From Candidatus Poseidoniaceae archaeon (GTDB taxonomy: Archaea; Thermoplasmatota; Poseidoniia; Poseidoniales; Poseidoniaceae), in assembly GCA_028356125.1 (NCBI GenBank), contig JAOMTZ010000007.1:1127-65126 (forward strand): a DNA stretch of 64,000 nt, given 5' to 3'. The notes under the pieces were generated by a model. That model saw only the letters and a list, made by a program, of their open reading frames with translations, made no database searches and had not been told where the DNA came from. Made by a program: the position numbers and the translations under genes. Below are positions 54,805-63,977 of this stretch, piece by piece. Within the stretch, counting starts at the first letter, position 1. Each line of letters opens with the position of its first letter.

Positions 54805-54939
54805 GTTACTCGCAGACTGAGCAGGGCTTGAAACCTTGACGGAGAAAACGCCCTTGGATTACGAGAATTATCTGTTCAAACTATTATTTCAGTATTCTAA
54901 TTCCGTAATAGTCATTAATGAAACACAAAAGCCGTCGGC

Positions 54940-56052
54940 ATGGGCGTAGACATAGGACTGTTGCGGAGTTGGCTTAATTCCTACGACCCTGAGCAAATCA
55001 CAATCGGAGTGGTTGCTTCTCATTCATCGCTTCAGATACTACATGGAGCAAGACAAGAAGGTTTCAAGACTCTAGGAATTGCAGTTGGCGAAAATCGCCG
55101 AAGATTCTACTCGGCATTCCCAGGAGCAGAGCCTGATGAATGGTTAATGCTCGACAATTATAGAGAGATGTTAGATCATGCAGAATGGTTTAGAGAACAA
55201 AACGTAATCATCATCCCTCATGGTTCTCTTGTCGAGTACCTAGGAAGTTCTAATTTCAAGAATTTAGAAGTGCCAACTTTTGGAAATAGAGGAATCCTAC
55301 ACTGGGAGAGCAGTAGAGAGCGCCAAAGGAAGTGGCTTGAAGAAGGCGGTTGTTCAATGCCAAAGGTGGTCGATGACCCACACGATATCGATGGGCCGGT
55401 AATTGTGAAGTATGCTGGTGCCAAAGGCGGAGAAGGATATTTCATTGCTAGAGACTATAGAGATTTCAAGCGTAATGTAAACCTCGATGAAGAGTTTACA
55501 ATTCAAGAGTATGTACTAGGATGCAGATATTACCTTCACTTTTTCTTCGACCCTACTGCCGATGATGGATTCCAAGTTCAGGGCAGAGGAAGCAATGCTG
55601 GAAAGAATCTAGGCCGTCTTGAACTAATGAGTATGGATAGAAGAGATGAGTCCAACGTCGATGAGTTCTACAAATTAGGCAGCCTTAGAGATTTGAGAGA
55701 GATGAGCCTTGAGCCATCATTTGTTGTAACCGGCAATCAACCCGTAGTAATTCGTGAAAGTTTACTTCCTAGAGCTTTTGAAATGGCTGAAGGAACTGTT
55801 GCGGCCTCATTCGAATTAGAAGAAGGCGCAAGAGGTATGATTGGTGCATTTTGTTTAGAAACCATTGTAACTGACAAATTAGAATTCAGAGTTTTCGAAA
55901 TTAGCGCACGGATTGTAGCAGGCTCTAATCCATTCGTTGGTGGCTCACCTTACAGTGACATCAATGAACCATTTATGTCCACAGGTAGACGTATTGCACG
56001 TTCAATCAAGAAGGCCGTTGAAAACGGTAAGCTCGATAAAATACTATCTTGA
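54940..56052 (+). CDS. purP: 5-formaminoimidazole-4-carboxamide ribonucleotide (FAICAR) synthetase PurP
   Basis: IGVVASHSSLQILHGARQEGFKT, IIIPHGSLVEYLG and VPTFGNRGILHWESSRERQ, followed by an ATP-grasp C-terminal half. Confidence 0.9.
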   Translation: MGVDIGLLRSWLNSYDPEQITIGVVASHSSLQILHGARQEGFKTLGIAVGENRRRFYSAFPGAEPDEWLMLDNYREMLDHAEWFREQNVIIIPHGSLVEYLGSSNFKNLEVPTFGNRGILHWESSRERQRKWLEEGGCSMPKVVDDPHDIDGPVIVKYAGAKGGEGYFIARDYRDFKRNVNLDEEFTIQEYVLGCRYYLHFFFDPTADDGFQVQGRGSNAGKNLGRLELMSMDRRDESNVDEFYKLGSLRDLREMSLEPSFVVTGNQPVVIRESLLPRAFEMAEGTVAASFELEEGARGMIGAFCLETIVTDKLEFRVFEISARIVAGSNPFVGGSPYSDINEPFMSTGRRIARSIKKAVENGKLDKILS

Positions 56053-56070
56053 AAACAGTTTGAGATAACT

Positions 56071-57825
56071 TCACTCATTTGTGTCGTCATCTGGATCAGC
56101 ACTACCGTCCCAATCACCGCTTTGTAGAGCCGCCAATTTGGACTTGGCTTCTGCTGCATTAGAAGCCCTAGTTTCAGGATCTTCAATTGTAAACTCACTG
56201 ATTAACATAATTGGGTCACCACTAGAGATTTTACCATCATACTCTTGAATATCTCCTCCAGCATTACAGATAACCTTGAATGTTGTAGGGTCCTTTGAAC
56301 GTCGCTTCTTGTGCTTCTTGTAATGGTGGACATATGCTTTGTAGGTTCCACCCGGTGCTTTTCCTTCCGGCCAAACAACATTCTCAACAGGTTTCTTAGA
56401 TTCAGGACGCACGTTCGCATCAACATCCAATTCTCCTCCACAAGCAGATTCTCTATTTCCACCGTGAATTCTCTCTCCCGATGGACATACAACGTGTAGG
56501 TCAAGATCATTGTAGTTGTTCCAAATCAAAGATATCTGAACGTCAGATGATTTGGCACCTTCTCTTTCGAGCCTCTCCTTTAGTTCTTTCAATGCTTGTT
56601 GAGTTGCCTTGATTGATTCTAATTCTGATGCTTCGTTTTCAACGATTTCTGCTAATCTTTGTTCTTCAGCCTCAGCGAGCTCTTCTTGACGATTCTCTTC
56701 TATTTCAATTGCCAATCGCTCTTCCTCTGCTATCTTTTCGATTTCTTCAGCGACTAGTGCGACTTCCCTCTCTTCATCAGAGCCGCGTTGTTCAGGAGCC
56801 TCTAATTCGAACTCACAAACTAACTGGATTGGGTCTCCACTAGAAAGTTCACCTTCGTAATGCGCTACTGAACCTCCAGAGTTTACCACCACTCTGAACT
56901 TTGTAGGATCTTTTGAGCGGCGCTTGTTGTGCTTCTTGTAATGGTGGACATACACCTTGTAAGAACCAGGAGGGGCTTTGAAATCAGGCCATACAATGTT
57001 CTCCACTGGCTTCTTAGTTTCAGGACGGACATTAGCATCGACATCCAATTCCCCACCACATTCTGAATTCTTGTTACCACCGTGGATTCTTTCTCCGGAT
57101 GGGCACAGTACATGCAAATCAAGGTCATTGTAATTATCCCACATTAGAGATACCTGTACTTCTGAGGACTTTGCACCTTCTCTTTCCAGTCTTTCTTCCA
57201 AATCAGAAGTAGCCGCTTCAGATTCCATCTGAGCTTCCATCGCTTCTGACTCCTTCAGTGACTCAAGTTCAAGCAGCCTTTCTTCTTCAGCTGCCGCAAG
57301 TTCTTCTTGCCTTTCAGATTCTAACTCGTCAGCGAGGCGCTTTTCTTCTGCTAAGCGTTCTGCTTCTCTCTCCTCTGCCTCTTTCCTCTCTGCCTCTAAT
57401 TCTGCCTCACGTTCGGCCTCAGCTTCTGCTTTGATGCGGTTTTCTTCTGCTTCAATCTCGGCTAATCTAGAGTTTTCTTCTTCAATCAATTTGTTTGCAG
57501 CATCTTCAGCAAGTGATTTCCTTGCTTCTTCTTCTGCCAATAAAATCGCTCTTTCGTCTCTTCTCTTGGATGCAAGGTGGCGCTCAACTTCTGCCAATTT
57601 GCGATCAAACACATTGTGGGCTTCTGAAAAATCAGGAGTACCCCGACGAGTTAAGTCTTGACGATGAATCGTCATAGAACGGTTACTACGGTCATCATCT
57701 CTGACCAACATGAACCAGATTCCGAACAGAAAGGCTCCGCCGAGAAAACCAATCATAAGCCATGAAGCAAGGTCCATAACAGGGGCTAATACAAACTGGG
57801 ACTTATTACCATCGCCTGTAATCAT
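56071..57825 (-). CDS. membrane-anchored coiled-coil protein with two copies of an 'LxW..DLDLHV..GGELDVDAN' beta-domain (TerD/YfaP-like pattern)
   Basis: It has one N-terminal TM segment (aa 17-41) and Glu/Ala/Arg-rich coiled coils. Two modules of about 137 aa lie at aa 209-345 and 416-552, separated by 207 aa. Confidence 0.65.
   Translation of the reverse strand: MITGDGNKSQFVLAPVMDLASWLMIGFLGGAFLFGIWFMLVRDDDRSNRSMTIHRQDLTRRGTPDFSEAHNVFDRKLAEVERHLASKRRDERAILLAEEEARKSLAEDAANKLIEEENSRLAEIEAEENRIKAEAEAEREAELEAERKEAEEREAERLAEEKRLADELESERQEELAAAEEERLLELESLKESEAMEAQMESEAATSDLEERLEREGAKSSEVQVSLMWDNYNDLDLHVLCPSGERIHGGNKNSECGGELDVDANVRPETKKPVENIVWPDFKAPPGSYKVYVHHYKKHNKRRSKDPTKFRVVVNSGGSVAHYEGELSSGDPIQLVCEFELEAPEQRGSDEEREVALVAEEIEKIAEEERLAIEIEENRQEELAEAEEQRLAEIVENEASELESIKATQQALKELKERLEREGAKSSDVQISLIWNNYNDLDLHVVCPSGERIHGGNRESACGGELDVDANVRPESKKPVENVVWPEGKAPGGTYKAYVHHYKKHKKRRSKDPTTFKVICNAGGDIQEYDGKISSGDPIMLISEFTIEDPETRASNAAEAKSKLAALQSGDWDGSADPDDDTNE
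56170..57201 (-). repeat. intragenic duplication: two modules of about 411 bp (56170-56580 and 56791-57201) spaced 621 bp apart
   Basis: The modules align without gaps, for example EREGAKSSEVQVSLMWDNYNDLDLHVLCPSGERIHGGNKNSECGGELDVDANVRPETKKPVEN against EREGAKSSDVQISLIWNNYNDLDLHVVCPSGERIHGGNRESACGGELDVDANVRPESKKPVEN. The off-frame track ORFs 56202..56510 and 56883..57128 are also similar to each other, showing conservation at the DNA level. Confidence 0.85.
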
Positions 57826-57884
57826 CGTATTAACAGTCAGACTTCTCCTTTCAAGTTCTTATATCACGGCCTAATCACTGGTTC

Positions 57885-58544
57885 ATGCGCGAGGTTCAAT
57901 TGAAGTGGAATCCTGAGACAGTTGCACGCTCTGAAATAAAAATGATTACCGATGTTGCTTCGATGTACGAAGTAGTCGCTCACCTAGAAGTTACCAAGGT
58001 CGGAGTCAGGCAACTTGTTAAAATTCATTTCAAAGAAGGAAAAGGCCCTAGTGAACTCAACGAAATAGACTTCTTGAAGGTTGAAGGACCAATGAATCCT
58101 CACCCCCTTCCAAATAGAGGAGACGAGGGATACATAGTAGTGTGGAATAATCACCCATTATCTGTTGCTGCAATTAATTTCGATAGTCTGCATGTAATTC
58201 CTCCATATGTAATCGGAGAAGAAGGGGTACAGATTACAATCAGAGGTTTGCCAGAAGGAGTAAGTGGTTTTTTGAAAGCCGCTAGAATACTTCTTCCTCC
58301 TGATAGCGTAAATGTTGTCGACATTGCAGAAATCGAAGATACGATACTTCAGGTCCTAACACCAAAACAATTGGAGATCGCAACTTTAGCAGTTCAATCG
58401 GGATATTATGAAAATCCACGTAAAATAACTAAAAAAGAATTGTCTGATTTAACTCAAATTCCGCGCTCAACATTACAGGAGCATCTGTCAAAGGCAGAGG
58501 CCGCAATGATAGAATGGGCCGTAAATACTCATTTATCTAAGTGA
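57885..58544 (+). CDS. HTH_10 (bacterio-opsin-activator-type) DNA-binding protein
   Basis: The C-terminal LTPKQLEIATLAVQSGYYENPRKITKKELSDLTQIPRSTLQEHLSKAEAAMIEW is the Bat-type HTH. The N-terminal domain of about 150 aa is of unknown type. Confidence 0.75.
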   Translation: MREVQLKWNPETVARSEIKMITDVASMYEVVAHLEVTKVGVRQLVKIHFKEGKGPSELNEIDFLKVEGPMNPHPLPNRGDEGYIVVWNNHPLSVAAINFDSLHVIPPYVIGEEGVQITIRGLPEGVSGFLKAARILLPPDSVNVVDIAEIEDTILQVLTPKQLEIATLAVQSGYYENPRKITKKELSDLTQIPRSTLQEHLSKAEAAMIEWAVNTHLSK

Positions 58545-59350
58545 GGAAAGTCTTGTCTACAATACTCCCCCAGCCAGACAATATGGGAGATGCAGATTCT
58601 CTACTACCTAACGGAAAAGGTGTTTGGATTCCAATTGATCATGGAGTCTCTGATTACCCGGTCCAAGGTTTAGAAGACCTTGATGATCTGATTGCTGAAA
58701 TTTCGCATGCAGATGCGATTGTAGCACAAAAAGGAGTTGTTTCCAGATATTCAATGGATGCTAATATGGTGTCTCACCTGTCTGTATCAACTAGGCATGC
58801 AGGCTCCAGGTCTAGTGATAAAGTACTGGTAGGGAGTGTTGAAGAGTCACTTTCGCGAGGTGCTAAAGGAGTCAGCGTGCAAGTAAATATGGGGAGTCCC
58901 GATGAACCAGAAATGATCGAACGGTTGGGACTCGTCACTCAAGATGCACACTTCCTATCTTGTCCAGTATTAGGAATGATTTACCCAAGGGGGCAAAATT
59001 TGGATGTCATGGAAGGAGATGAGACTCATGGAGCAGCACATGCTGCTAGACTTGCTTTCGAAATGGGTTGTGATGTAGTCAAAACAAAATGGACTGGATC
59101 TATTGAATCGTTTCAGAAGGTAACAGATTCTGTTCCAATTCCAGTATTAATCGCAGGTGGCCCAGCCGGCTCAACAACTGAAGAAACACTCACTACTGTT
59201 TACCAAGCAATGCAAGCTGGCGGCGGAGGTGTTTGCATGGGAAGACAAGTATTTTCTCACGCAACACCTGGAAAGATGGTTACTGCACTTAGAGCGATTA
59301 TTCACGATGGCGCTAATGTTGAACAAGCCATGCAAGATGCCGGATTGTGA
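58541..59350 (+). CDS. aroA': 2-amino-3,7-dideoxy-D-threo-hept-6-ulosonate (ADH) synthase, DhnA-type class I aldolase
   Basis: GVWIPIDHGVSDYPVQGL and DVVKTKWTG (Schiff-base Lys region), with GRQVF near the C-terminus. GTG 58541 overlaps the upstream stop (GTGA); an alternative ATG lies at 58583. Confidence 0.8.
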   Translation: MRKVLSTILPQPDNMGDADSLLPNGKGVWIPIDHGVSDYPVQGLEDLDDLIAEISHADAIVAQKGVVSRYSMDANMVSHLSVSTRHAGSRSSDKVLVGSVEESLSRGAKGVSVQVNMGSPDEPEMIERLGLVTQDAHFLSCPVLGMIYPRGQNLDVMEGDETHGAAHAARLAFEMGCDVVKTKWTGSIESFQKVTDSVPIPVLIAGGPAGSTTEETLTTVYQAMQAGGGGVCMGRQVFSHATPGKMVTALRAIIHDGANVEQAMQDAGL

Positions 59351-60330
59351 TGGAAATGCAGGTTTGGCTCGAATCAGGAACTCGACAAGAGGGTGTTGAC
59401 CTTCTAGTGGGTGATGATTTAGAAATCGATGGTGCGGCACTGTATATCGATGGACGTCAGGTTGGCCGAGTTGTAGATGTTGGAAGTTCGGATGGCCAGG
59501 CGAAAGCAAGGTCAATGTCTGGGAGCGTTGAATGGATTCTTCTTGAACTAGGAGAATGGAAAATGATCCCAATTGAGAATATTATCGCAGCATGTGATGG
59601 GGTACCTACCAAAGTTGCAGCACGTATTTCCTCTTCTGAGCAAGTTCTTGGTGCGGCTTTCGCCTTGCAAATTGGAGTTGATGCAATCTTGGTCACAGAA
59701 GATATTCTACCAACTGCTTTGATTGCCAAATCGCAGAGAGGAGAGATTTCCGAAGAGGTTGACAATCCGGTTAAAACCGGTAATGTCTCTTTGACAGAAA
59801 TAGAAGTTATTGAAGTTAAAGAAGGTGGTATTGGGGACCGGGTTTGTGTAGACTTAACTTCGCTCCTAGACACTGGAGAAGGCATGTTAGTTGGCTCTAG
59901 TGCAGCGTCCATGGTAATGGTTCATGGTGAAACTGTGGAATCTGAATTTGTTCCTACAAGGCCCTTCAGGGTTAATGCTGGCGCGGCCCACTCTTACATT
60001 TTGATGGCAGATGGAAGCACATCATACCTCAGCGAAATCAGCATGGGAGATGAAGTGATGGTCGTTAACTCAGACGGAAATTCTCGCTCTGCAACAGTAG
60101 GTCGTGTCAAAATTGAGAGGCGACCATTTATTTTATTCCGCTGGAAGGATGAAAACAATAATCAAGCAGGTGCACTTCTCCAGCAAGCGGAGACCGTTAG
60201 GCTTGTATCATCTTCCACCCAATTAATTTCGATTACAGAATTAGTAAAAGAAACAATTTTGTTGGGTTGGACTGGTGGAGTCGGCCGCCATATTGGGATA
60301 CCAATAAGTGCAGAGGTCAGCGAAAAATAG
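59350..60330 (+). CDS. aroB': 3-dehydroquinate synthase type II
   Basis: VCVDLTSLLDTGEGMLVGSSAASMVMVHGET and RPFRVNAGAAHSY. ATG 59350 shares one nt with the aroA' stop (TGATG). Confidence 0.8.
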   Translation: MEMQVWLESGTRQEGVDLLVGDDLEIDGAALYIDGRQVGRVVDVGSSDGQAKARSMSGSVEWILLELGEWKMIPIENIIAACDGVPTKVAARISSSEQVLGAAFALQIGVDAILVTEDILPTALIAKSQRGEISEEVDNPVKTGNVSLTEIEVIEVKEGGIGDRVCVDLTSLLDTGEGMLVGSSAASMVMVHGETVESEFVPTRPFRVNAGAAHSYILMADGSTSYLSEISMGDEVMVVNSDGNSRSATVGRVKIERRPFILFRWKDENNNQAGALLQQAETVRLVSSSTQLISITELVKETILLGWTGGVGRHIGIPISAEVSEK

Positions 60331-60338
60331 GTGGCATC

Positions 60339-61220
60339 ATGGCAGTTTTAGGGGTCGGAACAGCAAATGGGAGTTGTAGTCTCCTTCATGCTGCTGGCCT
60401 AGGCTATGGCGCATCACTTGCATTGGATTTACCTGTGAAAGTTAGACTTCTGGACAAGGAGTCAAAGAAGGTTTTATCCGACCCAGATGGGCTTTTAGAA
60501 GCCGTATTTGACTCTTGGAAAGCAGCCGGGCATAATTTGCCAGAAGGTGAATTGTTTTGGTCAGTAAAATCGAAAATCCCGCCGCGTCAGGGTTTGAAAT
60601 CAAGTTCTGCGGTTTCTGTTGCGGCGATCAAGGCATTGTGTGATGCTACTGGAATTGAACTAGAAAACGCAGACATTGTCGATATTGCAGCATCTGCACA
60701 ATTAGCATCTGGAGTTTCAATTACTGGAAGTTATGATGATTCATGGGCTGCTATTGAAGGTGGTTGGAAATTGATAGATGCCAATGCTCCAGATGCAAGG
60801 TCTGGCTTGTTACTTGAGTCACAAGGACCACTTTCAGAAGATTGGGCCGTGATTCTGATATTGAGAGGTGCTCGAGAACAGCGACCTGTATTGGAAGACT
60901 TTGCATATCAGCAACAAGCGTTCACTCAGGCCCTTACTGCACTACAGGAAGGCAAAGACTTAGTCGCCTTAACTTGGAATGGAAGAGGAGTTATTGGAGC
61001 ATTGAATGACAATACTGCGAAAAGAATGGCTAATGATGCTGTAATGAATGGAGCTAGGGCTGCTGGAATAAGTGGTTCTGGCCCGGCATTAGCGATTTTT
61101 GCCCCATCAATTAGTCGCTCAACTATCGATAGATTGCATAATTGGTATCAAAAATACGATGATGTGGAAATCATGGAAACTACTATCATAAACGCAGAAT
61201 TTGATGCTATGGACGAATAA
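60339..61220 (+). CDS. aroK: archaeal shikimate kinase (GHMP-kinase family)
   Basis: PPRQGLKSSSAVSVAAIKAL is the GHMP motif, with SGSGPALAIF. ATG 60339 was verified; the track start at 60267 overlaps aroB'. Confidence 0.8.
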   Translation: MAVLGVGTANGSCSLLHAAGLGYGASLALDLPVKVRLLDKESKKVLSDPDGLLEAVFDSWKAAGHNLPEGELFWSVKSKIPPRQGLKSSSAVSVAAIKALCDATGIELENADIVDIAASAQLASGVSITGSYDDSWAAIEGGWKLIDANAPDARSGLLLESQGPLSEDWAVILILRGAREQRPVLEDFAYQQQAFTQALTALQEGKDLVALTWNGRGVIGALNDNTAKRMANDAVMNGARAAGISGSGPALAIFAPSISRSTIDRLHNWYQKYDDVEIMETTIINAEFDAMDE

Positions 61221-61262
61221 TCACATTCATCAATAAGCCACACTCCCGATTAACTGTTAATC

Positions 61263-62252
61263 ATGCGCATGAGTCTAGGGGAAAATGTTGTCGTCACTCT
61301 TTTTGGAGAGTCCCATGGCCCCGCAGTAGGCGCTCTTATAGAAGGGATGCCACCTAATGTGGAGTTCGATTTAGAACAATTAATCGCCGACATGATTTCA
61401 AGACGACCTGGTTCGGGACTTGCTAGTAAAAGAAAGGAAACTGACGAGGTTGACATTATGTCAGGAGTTCACAACGGCAAAACAACAGGTATGCCGATTC
61501 TACTTATCATCAAGAACCGAGATGTTCGTTCTAAGGATTATTCGTTTTTACCTTACCAACCTCGTCCAGGCCATGTTGACCACCCTATCAACATCAAAAC
61601 TGAGGGCGCTGCTGACTTACGAGGCGGCGGGTCATTCTCTGCTAGGCTTACCGCTGGACTTGTTGCCGCTGGCTCACTTTCTAGAACGATTATACCTAGT
61701 GAATGGAAAGTCGAAGCGACCGTCGGTGCATTAGGCGGGTTAGAGGGTGAAGAAGGAATTGCTCTTGCAGAAAAGGCTCGCAAAGATGGGGACTCGCTAG
61801 GAAGCCGGGTTGACTTGGTAATCTCTGGGTTACCAGTAGGTCTTGGAGAGCCTTGGTTTGACGGCATTGAACCTGCATTAGCAAGGGCTCTAATGTCAAT
61901 ACCCGCTGCTAGAGCTGTCGAATTTGGAAGAGGAGTAAATGCTGGAACCATGAGAGGTAGTGAGCATAATGACACATGGGGACAAGATATGTCCTTGTCA
62001 GATGGTGCTGATGGAGCATTGGGTGGAATGGCCAGCGGCGCCCCGATCCGTGTAAGAATTACATTCAAGCCACCTAGTGGCATTTCCAAGCCGCAAGAAA
62101 CATTCAATCAAATATCAGGAGAGGTAGAGGAGTTAGCAATCAAGGGAAGGCACGACCCGGTTATTGCACCTAGAGCACGCCCTGTTGTAGAGGCTGTAGC
62201 CCGTCTTGTGCTAGCAGACCTTGGCGTACAGGGAGGATACATCGATGGATGA
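61263..62252 (+). CDS. aroC: chorismate synthase (short form)
   Basis: VTLFGESHGPAVGALIEGMPPNV, ISRRPG, GGGSFSARLTA and GRHDPVIAPRA. Confidence 0.88.
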   Translation: MRMSLGENVVVTLFGESHGPAVGALIEGMPPNVEFDLEQLIADMISRRPGSGLASKRKETDEVDIMSGVHNGKTTGMPILLIIKNRDVRSKDYSFLPYQPRPGHVDHPINIKTEGAADLRGGGSFSARLTAGLVAAGSLSRTIIPSEWKVEATVGALGGLEGEEGIALAEKARKDGDSLGSRVDLVISGLPVGLGEPWFDGIEPALARALMSIPAARAVEFGRGVNAGTMRGSEHNDTWGQDMSLSDGADGALGGMASGAPIRVRITFKPPSGISKPQETFNQISGEVEELAIKGRHDPVIAPRARPVVEAVARLVLADLGVQGGYIDG

Positions 62253-63486
62253 CATTGTGGTTCACAAGTTCGGAGGTTCTTGCCTTAGAGAAGGTAGCGA
62301 CATCGACAGGATTGCAGACTCTATACGTAGTATTCCAGGGAAACCTATCGTCGTAGTTTCCGCCCTTTGGGGTATGACTGACAGATTGATCAGAGCGGCC
62401 AGAGAGCCACATTACGCTGGAAGGCTAGTTAACGATCTAAAATCACAGCATTTGTTATTCTCGCCAGGGCTTGACAAAGGTGAATTCAAAGAGTTGTTCG
62501 ACAAGGTTATCTCGGGCATATCTAAGGAATTGGTTAACATCTCAGGGGGAGAATCATCACTTCATTCTGAGAACCTTATCCTGGCTGCTGGTGAAAGACT
62601 GAGTGCTTTGGCTGTGGCCCACAGACTGCAAACACTTGGATTGGATGCACACCCAGTAGGTGCAGAAGACATTGGCCTGAAACTTAAGGGGAAAGGCAGA
62701 GCCAGTGAGATAAACATACAAGAGTCAGCGAAATCATTAGATCGTGACAAATTGATTGGAATCCCAATATTGACTGGCTGGTTCGGAGAAGGTGAAGATG
62801 GTAACTTAGCACTTCTTTCTAGAGGCGGTTCAGACCACTCTGCTGCTGCTTTTGCAAAACTAATGAATGCATCAAAGTTGATACTTTGGAAGGATGTTGA
62901 TGGAATAAAGAGGCTAAATCCACGCTGGGGAATAGATACTCCTTCGATACCTTACCTTGGATATGGACAAGCTTCTGAATTATCACTGCATGGAACTCCA
63001 ATTATTCACCCTGCAACGGTTAAGCCGCTTGTTGAAGAGGGAATTCCTCTTGAAATTCGAAATATAAACAATCCAGAAATTGATGCTCCAACTGTAATTG
63101 GGCCGGATATAGATGCTTCAACAACAATTGCGATTGGTTGTCAACCAGGGGTTGCCGTAATTACAGACAAAAAACCTCTATCCAGTGAACTAGTATCCCG
63201 AATGGAGCAATTAGACGTGATACCTTGGTTGATGCGCTCAACCCCTGAAGGGATGAAATTAATTATTCCAACCCACGATCTACCATTAGTTGAGGATTTA
63301 CTGACGGGTCGAATTGAATATAGAACTGCTATGATTTCTGTAATCGGTAAATTACCAATTATGATTGAACATGAAGAGGTTTCTAGAAATGATTATGGTA
63401 CAAGATTAATCATCGACTCTGATGATTTGCCTTCAACTTTGACAGAGTTGTATCACTCTTTGTTCTCTCGCCACGACTGTATGTGA
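62245..63486 (+). CDS. lysC: aspartate kinase (amino-acid kinase family with C-terminal ACT-like region)
   Basis: MDDIVVHKFGGSCL, VVVSALWGMTDRL, LLSRGGSDHSAAAFA and WKDVDGI. ATG 62245 overlaps the aroC stop (ATGGATGA). Confidence 0.8.
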   Translation: MDDIVVHKFGGSCLREGSDIDRIADSIRSIPGKPIVVVSALWGMTDRLIRAAREPHYAGRLVNDLKSQHLLFSPGLDKGEFKELFDKVISGISKELVNISGGESSLHSENLILAAGERLSALAVAHRLQTLGLDAHPVGAEDIGLKLKGKGRASEINIQESAKSLDRDKLIGIPILTGWFGEGEDGNLALLSRGGSDHSAAAFAKLMNASKLILWKDVDGIKRLNPRWGIDTPSIPYLGYGQASELSLHGTPIIHPATVKPLVEEGIPLEIRNINNPEIDAPTVIGPDIDASTTIAIGCQPGVAVITDKKPLSSELVSRMEQLDVIPWLMRSTPEGMKLIIPTHDLPLVEDLLTGRIEYRTAMISVIGKLPIMIEHEEVSRNDYGTRLIIDSDDLPSTLTELYHSLFSRHDCM

Positions 63487-63977
63487 GTTGGAAGGTCTAG
63501 TGCGAATAGGCCACCAACTACGATAAAGACGAACAATGTACCCAAGGCGACACCGTAAACGGAAATCAATTCTACAGACTCTTCCATTCTGAGTGCGGTT
63601 TGCGCAGAGAATAATGAGATAAATGCTGGTAAGATTGTGTTTACCGATAGGACAAGCATAGCCAAAGAGCCAGCGATTAGAGGGTTGATTACCAGAGAAC
63701 GATGATACTTGCCGATGATCTTCTTCACGTTCATTACGTATACTTCTCTTGTACGAATTGAAGTATCCAGCATACTAAATCTAAGAACTCCATTTGAAAG
63801 TTCAAAGTACATAACCAGTAAAACAGCGTATACTACAACCAAAATGGTGAGTAAGAATTGGCTGTCTCCGAAGCCAAACACATCTTGTGAAAGTGAAACC
63901 TTTGATGAAGCAAACCTCATTACAGACACAATAAACAGAACATAGGAGGCTAGCATAAATCTAGCATCTCTAGTCAT
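63453..63977 (-). CDS. polytopic membrane protein, function unknown
   Basis: The 174-aa protein has four or five hydrophobic helices. It is convergent with the aspartokinase gene and overlaps its end by 34 nt. I recognise no family. Confidence 0.5.
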   Translation of the reverse strand: MTRDARFMLASYVLFIVSVMRFASSKVSLSQDVFGFGDSQFLLTILVVVYAVLLVMYFELSNGVLRFSMLDTSIRTREVYVMNVKKIIGKYHRSLVINPLIAGSLAMLVLSVNTILPAFISLFSAQTALRMEESVELISVYGVALGTLFVFIVVGGLFALDLPTHIQSWRENKE

